From the IMG/VR virus record IMGVR_UViG_3300030104_003613: a DNA stretch of 64,000 bases. One strand, 5' to 3'. A model generated the notes under the pieces. That model saw nothing but the letters and a program-made list of their open reading frames with translations, was not told the DNA's origin and did no database searches. This document shows, one piece after another, positions 17,946-25,929 of this stretch (its first letter is position 1; every line of letters begins with the position of its first letter). The position numbers were made by a program, and so were the translations under genes. The stretch is from a virus.

Positions 17946-20132
17946 TCAGGCTGTTGTGCCAACCACTTCATCAAACGAGATTCCAGACCTGGTTGCGATG
18001 AACGTCAGTGTAATGTAGTTAATGGATCTCGCAGGTGAGATGAAGATGTCCGCTCTGAATTCATTGTTATCAACGACAGCAGGCGTGTTATTAGTCTCAT
18101 CACAAATAACTGTAAACTCTTCAATTCCTCTCTGTGCCTGAACATCTCTCAAATAAGGAATTACAATGTTAACAAAGTTCTCTCTTGTTTCCTCATCATT
18201 GAGTTCAAAGAGTTGATCATTTGCTGCTTCTTCAAGTGCTTGCTCAACTGTGAGGAACAGACGGCGAACGTTAATTCTGTCAAAAGCAGAACTATATGAA
18301 AGACCAGTCTTGTCACCGAATAGAATTACACCTTGACCATTTTGATTAATGACAGGGTTGATTCTGTTTCCATAAAGCACGTCTCTCTGTGCTTTGTTGG
18401 GGTTGTATGCTAGTTTGACAGCATTGTTGATGTTGCCTCTTTGCTGACCAGCAGGTGAGAACCATGGGAAAGACTCAATGCTAGTTCTAACCATCAGACC
18501 CGCGATGTCTCCGTTGAGGGGAACATAACGGAACTCATTATTAAATCTATCATAAGTGTACTTATAACCACTATCAAATACCGCGTAAGAAGATGAAGTG
18601 ATAGGAGAGTAGTACTTCAACAGATTGTTAGTCTGTGTGGTTGTGTTGGTTTCTCCAACAACATTTGCTCTATGAGGAGAAATGACTGCCATACAATCCT
18701 TTCTCAACTCGGCAATAGAGATGAGCAGATTTGCCTTGGCTTGGGATTGAACTTCGGTAGAACAACCAGGACCCATCATCAGGAAATCAACTTCGATCTC
18801 ATCTCTGTTAGAGAAGAGGTTGTAAGAAGTGAGAAGATCTCCAAGAGAAGCCGATTGACCACCATTTGCTCCGTAGTCAGCACCACCGAGAAGGTTGTAA
18901 CCAACGTTACCAAGCGCACTGAATTGAGTGTCTCTTGATTCCAGACCCCAAAGACCATCGCCTCTGCTTACAGGAGAGAAGTCAGTTGTGAATCCAGTTG
19001 CGACAGGAGTAGTGCCGTGGAAAGCATCTGCTGACTGTGAGGGGTTGAAACCAGGGAAGATCCAATCTGAGTTAAGTGCCAGATAGTTCTTATAGTAGGT
19101 TTTCAGAGGTGAATCACCATCTGCTTCAGCGTCAAGTGCCTTCGACAAGAAGGACCAGGACTCAAGCAGGTTGCCAGCGACACCAGTTACTGCGCCAGTA
19201 TCATCAACGACAGCAACGTGAATAGCATCACCACCGCCACCTTTTGAAGAAACGTAGTTCGTATCAACAGGTTTGGGGGCGATTGTCTTCCAGAAGATGG
19301 TGCTGTTGTTGATCTGCAGTTTCTGCTGATCGTACCAGTCTGAGGCGGAGGTAGCGGAAACAGTACCTTCTGAACCACCAGCGTTGTTGCGAATGGTGAC
19401 TACATCACTCGCTTCAAATGATTGAGCAGGGTTGTTCTCCTGATAATCAATTGCGAATTCTGTACCAGCACTGTTAACTCTTGAAACAACTTTAACGTTA
19501 ATCGTGCTGTTGCTGTTGGTAGCGTCGGTCGAAACACCAGTAATGATGCCTTTCAGCATTCCATTAAAGGTTGTGGTTGTTCCTGCGCCAGGGATTGCGA
19601 CGGATGAAAGTGCTGTCGTAACACCATATCCAACGGTAACTCCTAGACCAGCAAGACTTGTGGTTGCGATACCGATAACTTGGTCTGCTGCGTTATCAAT
19701 CGTACAAACTTTTAGTTGGTTTGCCCACTGACCGGGGTTTCTAGCAGCATAGTAGAACGACGTAGCAGAAGTGTAATCCTCCTGATAGTCATCGTAGTTC
19801 TTAATCTTAAGAGAGGCAGATGAACCAATTCCAACACCAGCATTAGCGTTGACCAGGTTGCTTCCGTCTGTTCTTACAACGCTCAGAATACCACCATAAT
19901 TGAGGTATTCGGAAGCTGTCATCCAGTATTCGTATTGTCTATCATTGCTCTGAGGAGTGCCGAAAACATCGATCAACTCCTGTTGAGTTGTAATAGTAGT
20001 AGGTTCATCAATCGGACCCAGTTTGAAGGGGGACGCAATCGCTCCGATGTTATCGAGAACGTTTTCAGCTCTTCCTACTGTAAGATCAATTTCCCTGACT
20101 AATACGCCTGGAGATAATTGAGGAGTTGCCAT
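17946..20132 (-). CDS. gp18: Tail sheath protein
   Basis: LSPGVLVREID, PWFSPAG, RINPV, GDKT, FDRINVRRLF. Confidence 0.98.
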   Translation of the reverse strand: MATPQLSPGVLVREIDLTVGRAENVLDNIGAIASPFKLGPIDEPTTITTQQELIDVFGTPQSNDRQYEYWMTASEYLNYGGILSVVRTDGSNLVNANAGVGIGSSASLKIKNYDDYQEDYTSATSFYYAARNPGQWANQLKVCTIDNAADQVIGIATTSLAGLGVTVGYGVTTALSSVAIPGAGTTTTFNGMLKGIITGVSTDATNSNSTINVKVVSRVNSAGTEFAIDYQENNPAQSFEASDVVTIRNNAGGSEGTVSATSASDWYDQQKLQINNSTIFWKTIAPKPVDTNYVSSKGGGGDAIHVAVVDDTGAVTGVAGNLLESWSFLSKALDAEADGDSPLKTYYKNYLALNSDWIFPGFNPSQSADAFHGTTPVATGFTTDFSPVSRGDGLWGLESRDTQFSALGNVGYNLLGGADYGANGGQSASLGDLLTSYNLFSNRDEIEVDFLMMGPGCSTEVQSQAKANLLISIAELRKDCMAVISPHRANVVGETNTTTQTNNLLKYYSPITSSSYAVFDSGYKYTYDRFNNEFRYVPLNGDIAGLMVRTSIESFPWFSPAGQQRGNINNAVKLAYNPNKAQRDVLYGNRINPVINQNGQGVILFGDKTGLSYSSAFDRINVRRLFLTVEQALEEAANDQLFELNDEETRENFVNIVIPYLRDVQAQRGIEEFTVICDETNNTPAVVDNNEFRADIFISPARSINYITLTFIATRSGISFDEVVGTTA

Positions 20133-20213
20133 GTTTCTCTCCTAAATGTCTCAAATTAACTATTAATATTTAGAAAAATAAGGTGCTTCATGGACGTGAA
20201 CAAGACGTGAACA

Positions 20214-20408
20214 TTACTTCTGTCTGCTTTTCTTTATTCTATCTATTGTACACTTTTTACATTCATATGAATATGAGGATACGACTTGACCTTTATCTTT
20301 TCTAGTTCTGTAAAATCCTTCTAATAAGTTTTTTGTTTCACCACAAGTCCGACATTTTCTTTCAGTCAGAAAGAGATGATTTACATCGAATTGAGCGTCT
20401 AAATCCAT
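20214..20408 (-). CDS. Small zinc-ribbon protein
   Basis: CRTCG...FYR...YECKKC, two CxxC pairs. Confidence 0.65.
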   Translation of the reverse strand: MDLDAQFDVNHLFLTERKCRTCGETKNLLEGFYRTRKDKGQVVSSYSYECKKCTIDRIKKSRQK

Positions 20409-20971
20409 TAGGGAGATGTTGTTTCATACTTCAAGACACATTCTTTCAATGATTTAGTGGTCATACCAGGTGTCGCTCCAGCCCATAGTGCCTCTCTTTC
20501 AATCCTTACGACGGTTGGATCTTTGATACCATACAACTTAATTGCATTTTCTGTATATTTGGGGGGAACGACACCGGAACTCAAGTATATCCTTTCTAGC
20601 GTTGTATTATAAAGACCATCCTTACAGTCCTGAACAACATGCCATCCCTCATGTCTTAGCACATCAATGAGTGCTTCGTAATCATTATCAATGTGACCCA
20701 TATTCAGATAAATCACATTAGCTTCTGGATAATATAGACCACGATAGTTTTCCTCAAAGTAATAAGGGAATGCCTTGTAAACGCCTACATTTAATTTTTC
20801 AAGATTAACAAGGATATCCCTTACCTCATCATCATACTCCTCTGATTTTAACTCATAAACCTCGTAAACACAATCATTTCTCCTCATACATCCCCTACCA
20901 TCATATTCAGATGACAATGCCGGTAATGTAATTAGTGATGCTGTTGCCAATAACGTAATTAGTTTTTTCAT
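20408..20971 (-). CDS. Exported HEXXH metallopeptidase-like protein
   Basis: Likely start ATG 20971 (ATGA overlap with gp17); signal peptide MKKLITLLATASLITLPALS; RHEGWHVVQ followed by a downstream EREA. Confidence 0.7.
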   Translation of the reverse strand: MKKLITLLATASLITLPALSSEYDGRGCMRRNDCVYEVYELKSEEYDDEVRDILVNLEKLNVGVYKAFPYYFEENYRGLYYPEANVIYLNMGHIDNDYEALIDVLRHEGWHVVQDCKDGLYNTTLERIYLSSGVVPPKYTENAIKLYGIKDPTVVRIEREALWAGATPGMTTKSLKECVLKYETTSP

Positions 20972-22614
20972 CCGTAATTCCACATATGACTCATGTCTCC
21001 GTATTCGTCGGTATGCCACCTGTCTCCGTCATCATCCACAAAAGAAGCATCATCGAGTCCATCGACAATAAAACCAAAGGGTGCCATATCTTGCTCGATT
21101 TGATTCTTTTGTTCTTCGTATAATCGTTTTCGGACATCCTGATCTGTTAACTCCTTAAAGTAATCTTGTGCTACCAACCAAGCATAGATGACGAGACACA
21201 TAGCAAGGTCATCATTACAACCCTCTTCTGCCTCAAAGGAATTATGCTTTGAAACAAAGGTGGTCAATTCTGATATAACTTCATAATCACAGAAGGTCAG
21301 TTTGTCCTCCTCAATCATGGTTTTTAGATTTAGAGATCCAATTTTCTTTACGGTCTTGGACATCTTAACACCTAATTGTGTTTTCTGACCAGAGAATCCT
21401 TGACCTACAATCTGTCCTGCTCTACCACGCATTGAACACATCAACAGGTTCTGATATTCAAGGTCATATTGAAGGATACTTGCTACCTGATCTCCAACAT
21501 CATTTACCTCACATAGAATGAATGCTTCATTATAACTTTTACATACTTCATAGATGACACTAGGGAATAGCATCGGTTTAATTGTATTATCTCTATACTT
21601 TGCTACTAGTTTATGTGGGAACTCTGTAATATCTAACACTGTGAAAGCAGAGTAATCGTTACCTACACCTCTTGCTACGTCAACAGTACAGACATAATCA
21701 CGTCCTTTCTGCGATGGTTCATATACATCCAATCCAGCATTTCTCTGTATGGGGTTATCATACACAAGTGATTTTAGTTTAGACGCAGCAATCAGAGTAT
21801 CAACAGATCCAAGGAATTCACACTCAAACTCAATCTTAAATTGTTGTTCTGATGTGTTGGCAATTGTTTGTTCTTTCCACACAGCGTCCCTACCAGGGAC
21901 CTCTGACCAGTGAACTTCTGTAGGAATGTATTCATTTCTATTTTTCTCCGCATCATGCCACATGCGGTAGAAATGATTCATACCGTGTGGCGTGGATACG
22001 ATAATTACCTTCGTACTTTGACCGGAAGTAATAGTAGGATAAACAGAGGCAAAGAAGGCATCTGCAATATGGTTCGGAACGAAGGCGAACTCGTCGAGGA
22101 AGAGAATGTTAAACGACATGCCTCGGACAGCACTTGCAGATGTAGAAGCTGCCAGAATCTTTGATCCATTTTCTAACTCCAAAGAACCCTTGTTCCAGGA
22201 TAGAATACCCTGCTGCATCCACTTTGGCAAGTTCTCATACGCAATCTGTAATCTGGAGAGAAGTTCCCTAGCAGTGGATGCTTTGTTTGCCAGGATGCCA
22301 ATATTCACACTGTCATTGAAAACAGCATAGTGTAAAAGAAAAGATACCACAGTCGTAGACTTACCAGTCTGACGTGGCATCTTACAGATGTTAAATCTAT
22401 TTTCGTGAAAGTTGCGAACTAACTTCTCTTGAAAGTCATACATCTTGAACGGTTGAAGACCGTGATCAAGGGTAACAATCTTTACATAGTTTTGAGCGAA
22501 GTATACCGGGTCATCCTTACACCTCAAATATTCTTGAATCTGTTCTTTCGTAAATTCAATTGGGGTGTTCGCCTTTTTAAGGTTCGGATTCCCAAGATAG
22601 ATATTTTCAGACAT
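20968..22614 (-). CDS. gp17: Terminase large subunit
   Basis: YLGNPNL, PRQTGKST, LDEFAF, STPHG, VDVARG, DDLAM. Confidence 0.98.
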   Translation of the reverse strand: MSENIYLGNPNLKKANTPIEFTKEQIQEYLRCKDDPVYFAQNYVKIVTLDHGLQPFKMYDFQEKLVRNFHENRFNICKMPRQTGKSTTVVSFLLHYAVFNDSVNIGILANKASTARELLSRLQIAYENLPKWMQQGILSWNKGSLELENGSKILAASTSASAVRGMSFNILFLDEFAFVPNHIADAFFASVYPTITSGQSTKVIIVSTPHGMNHFYRMWHDAEKNRNEYIPTEVHWSEVPGRDAVWKEQTIANTSEQQFKIEFECEFLGSVDTLIAASKLKSLVYDNPIQRNAGLDVYEPSQKGRDYVCTVDVARGVGNDYSAFTVLDITEFPHKLVAKYRDNTIKPMLFPSVIYEVCKSYNEAFILCEVNDVGDQVASILQYDLEYQNLLMCSMRGRAGQIVGQGFSGQKTQLGVKMSKTVKKIGSLNLKTMIEEDKLTFCDYEVISELTTFVSKHNSFEAEEGCNDDLAMCLVIYAWLVAQDYFKELTDQDVRKRLYEEQKNQIEQDMAPFGFIVDGLDDASFVDDDGDRWHTDEYGDMSHMWNYG

Positions 22615-22623
22615 AAAGAAGTA

Positions 22624-24069
22624 TTAGCAATTCCAAGCTCTTAATGACTTATTTATTCTGGAATCAGGATCATTAGCAGTTTTAGAAGAAGTTAATTTAG
22701 ATTTCATTCCTTTCATTCTCGCACAAAAACTTTTTCTACGAGGGTTCCCAGCTTTCTTTGAAGGTCTCTTAAGATCGCTTCCTGGGTTTTCACGTTCATA
22801 CGACTTCCGCCCTTTTTCATTCAATCCTCCTGATTGATTCTTACCAGACTTTTTTGTCCATGCTGCTGCCTCCTCGATCTCTCCATCGATTTCGGTTTCT
22901 TCAGACATGTCAGGTACTCTAATATATGTATCCTTATTGTCAAGCATGGAAGCATCAAATCTCATCACTTTGGAACCAGGATAAACTTTGTCCATCGCTG
23001 CTTGGACTTGCTGCTTATTGGGTTGCTTGAGTTCAGGGAAGAATAACTTCATCATCATATACTTCCCTCTCCAGAGGAATGATACAAGATAAACTTTTCC
23101 TGTTTCTGATGGGATTCTTTCAATACCCTCACCAAGATTCAATCTTTCAAGAACTCTTTCTTTCTCGGATTGAGTTTCCTCATTCTTGGGCACACAGTTG
23201 GGAACCATCTTACCACCCTTTTTCTTCATACCAACTTGCTTGTGACTATCCCAGCAAGGATCGCCATCACCTTCATTCATGTGATCGGCTGACTTATAAC
23301 GCTTGTCGCCTGCCTTGTAGTTCTGATATGCCTTGGTGTTTGCTTTCTTATCAGCATTAGTGACAACCATGCGAGTATCTTTTTTCTCTGGTTGAGCACC
23401 ACCATAGGTTGCCTCATAGACAGTCTCTTCTTTTTTGGTTTTCTTGACACAGTTTGGATATCTCTTACCAAACATAGTCTTCATACCCTTCTTCTCATAT
23501 CCTTTCCAACATGCCTCATCGACAACCTCAACCTCATATCCAGCATATTTGAGGGCACCGATCTGAACTTCGGTAAGTTCGGGAAGGTCGTAGAAACCTT
23601 CCAGTTCCTCTTTCTTGGTAGAGTTACCCCAATTATCCGCACCTTTCTTACGGCACTTAACTAGAGCACCCGAAGCATAAGCAGATGGCCATACGGAATA
23701 GCGTGACTTGACCTTATGGTAGCAGGCATCTTTCTTACCTGAACTCTTACCCTTCTTATCCGTTGCTTCGTTGACTTCTACTTCTTCTTTTTTCATTTTC
23801 TTCTTGGAATCAGTGGAAACATAGGTTGGTTTAGCAGCACCAGACTTTGATTGCTGTCCTGGATCTGCTTTCTTTTTTCTTCTTTGAGCAGATAGTCTTT
23901 CTGCTTTTGTCATAGATGCTCTCTTCGCGGAGGAAACGCACTTGGGTGTTCCTTCACCAGGTTTGTCACTGGCACAAGTTCCACCAGTAACAACATTAAC
24001 CCAACCACCTTTACCATCTTTTGATTTGGATTTACCAAACCAATCTCTGAGTCCCTCTTCGTTAATCAT
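22624..24069 (-). CDS. Modular basic/acidic hypothetical protein, possible internal-head polyprotein
   Basis: Basic Cys/Trp modules separated by acidic x-x-E linkers; two CW..G.K..GK..PNCV repeats; late promoter at 24100-24094. Confidence 0.7.
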   Translation of the reverse strand: MINEEGLRDWFGKSKSKDGKGGWVNVVTGGTCASDKPGEGTPKCVSSAKRASMTKAERLSAQRRKKKADPGQQSKSGAAKPTYVSTDSKKKMKKEEVEVNEATDKKGKSSGKKDACYHKVKSRYSVWPSAYASGALVKCRKKGADNWGNSTKKEELEGFYDLPELTEVQIGALKYAGYEVEVVDEACWKGYEKKGMKTMFGKRYPNCVKKTKKEETVYEATYGGAQPEKKDTRMVVTNADKKANTKAYQNYKAGDKRYKSADHMNEGDGDPCWDSHKQVGMKKKGGKMVPNCVPKNEETQSEKERVLERLNLGEGIERIPSETGKVYLVSFLWRGKYMMMKLFFPELKQPNKQQVQAAMDKVYPGSKVMRFDASMLDNKDTYIRVPDMSEETEIDGEIEEAAAWTKKSGKNQSGGLNEKGRKSYERENPGSDLKRPSKKAGNPRRKSFCARMKGMKSKLTSSKTANDPDSRINKSLRAWNC

Positions 24070-24099
24070 CCCAATAAGCAGATAATCTCTTTCTATTTA

Positions 24100-25602
24100 T
24101 TAAAAGGTTGTCTGTAAAACTTTGAATGTAGTGGATGATGCCGATGATGGTGTTGCCAACAATTGGAGAGTTGTTCCACTAATATTCATAGTGAATGATG
24201 CCAAACTAGCACCAGTCTTAATCACACCCACCTCTGTTATACTTACAGTAGTTCCATTATGTACGAAACTTACAGTTGTAAAGTGAGCTGCTGACCCTCT
24301 TGTTACCTGAATTTCAAGAACACCTGCTTTATATGTATCTTTCGCCAGATTGAGAATAGATGTCTCTGATGTAGAAGTAGTGGTTGTAGATGTGACACTC
24401 GCAGCACCAGTCGCAATTAGAGTTCTATCAAGATTAAAAACTGTGGTGGCAGATGAAGCAGGATAAGCAAGAAGTTCAAGATTAGAACCATTTATCCTAG
24501 CAGAGAAGGTTGATAATCCTGGTCCAGTTTGAATCGTGCCAAATTCATTTACATAGGCAAGTGAACCATCATGAACAATGTTGACATTGGTAAAATGAAC
24601 AGCAGTTTCACTAGTTACTTGAACCTTATAAATCGCAGCACTGTAAGTTATTTTTGCTATCGAATCAATGCTTACTTGACCAGTAGATGATGTTGTCGTG
24701 ACACCTGGTGATCCGCTCGATGATCCACTTTGATCGGCAAATCCCAGATTACCAGCGCCATCGGTGATCAAGACTTGGTTGGCAGTCCCGTCCGCCTGGG
24801 GATATCTCAATCCACTGATCGTAGTTATACCAGTAACTAATAAAGTATCAGCATTGACATCACCAACAGTAATATTTGGTGTACCAGTAAGTCCCTGAGC
24901 ATTTGTTGCTGTGGTTGCTGACGTTGCTGTATCAGCATTACCTGTGACATCTCCGGTCAGGTCTCCTACAAAACCAGGAGCAGTAACAATACCAGTGAAT
25001 TTAGCAGCACCATCGGCAAAGATGCTGGCACTGATAGGAGCACTATCAAAGGTCGGTGTGCCGTTATCATCAAAAGTATCTGATGTATTATCAAAAGATT
25101 CTGATGATGGATTTCTTAAAAAGAATCCACCGATAGACGTTGTAACACCTGTGGCAAATATATTCTTTGCCTGTAAATAATTAACATTCAGTCCATCAGA
25201 ATGAAGGTCTGAACTACCAACACGAAATCCTTGTGAGTGTAATGTAGCACCACCATGGGTAACACCACCACCTACATCAACAGAGGTTTCTGAAACTGTG
25301 ATACCACTGCCGACTTTTACATTATTATTAGATCCATCAATAACTACACTGGATGAACCAACAGTCAGTACACCGACGATACTTACATCGCCATCATACT
25401 CAATTTGTGTCGCCCCGAAATTCTCTGTCCAGGGGTTGATAATCGAGATCGTGGTGGCAATACCTACACCACTAGTATCTCTTCTCGTAAAAAGTTTACC
25501 ATCATAAGTATTCAGAGCTAACTCGCCTAGCTCTAATCCTGACAGCGTGGGTCGTTTACCAGCGACCGCAGACCGCTTAAACTTAATCTTTGGGTTGGCC
25601 AT
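24100..25602 (-). CDS. Tail fibre-like virion protein (Mtd_N-like N-terminus, duplicated C-terminal domain)
   Basis: IKFKRS..P..LELGELALNTYDGKLF; G/T/S-rich shaft; two similar ~95-aa C-terminal domains. Confidence 0.75.
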   Translation of the reverse strand: MANPKIKFKRSAVAGKRPTLSGLELGELALNTYDGKLFTRRDTSGVGIATTISIINPWTENFGATQIEYDGDVSIVGVLTVGSSSVVIDGSNNNVKVGSGITVSETSVDVGGGVTHGGATLHSQGFRVGSSDLHSDGLNVNYLQAKNIFATGVTTSIGGFFLRNPSSESFDNTSDTFDDNGTPTFDSAPISASIFADGAAKFTGIVTAPGFVGDLTGDVTGNADTATSATTATNAQGLTGTPNITVGDVNADTLLVTGITTISGLRYPQADGTANQVLITDGAGNLGFADQSGSSSGSPGVTTTSSTGQVSIDSIAKITYSAAIYKVQVTSETAVHFTNVNIVHDGSLAYVNEFGTIQTGPGLSTFSARINGSNLELLAYPASSATTVFNLDRTLIATGAASVTSTTTTSTSETSILNLAKDTYKAGVLEIQVTRGSAAHFTTVSFVHNGTTVSITEVGVIKTGASLASFTMNISGTTLQLLATPSSASSTTFKVLQTTF

Positions 25603-25655
25603 TACAATCCAGGTATATACCTATGAAAATACCGATATATATCGGCTAATAATAT

Positions 25656-25901
25656 TTATGACCAGTCCTCGGAGTTGGTAGATTTGGTTTTAGCACCAAC
25701 ACCTCGTTTCTTATCTAGATTTTTAATCTGATCTTGATACTCTTGGATACTTTTTTCCAACTCCTCAATCTTACTGTTTTGAGCAGTAATGATTTCGTTT
25801 TGATAGTTTATCTTTGATTCAAGTACAATGCTTTGAGAGAAATAATCAGTCACTTTTTTCTGTAATACATTCAAGTAATAGTTTAATTCATTCTGATCCA
25901 T
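25656..25901 (-). CDS. Small coiled-coil protein (possible fibre chaperone)
   Basis: 81-aa heptad-rich ORF between two fibre genes. Confidence 0.65.
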   Translation of the reverse strand: MDQNELNYYLNVLQKKVTDYFSQSIVLESKINYQNEIITAQNSKIEELEKSIQEYQDQIKNLDKKRGVGAKTKSTNSEDWS

Positions 25902-25929
25902 AACATAAGAGGTATCATCTCCTTATATA

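Noticed and set aside
20214-20408. Possible homing endonuclease
   Set aside because: Only a CxxC..CxxC ribbon is present; there is no HNH or GIY-YIG catalytic domain.
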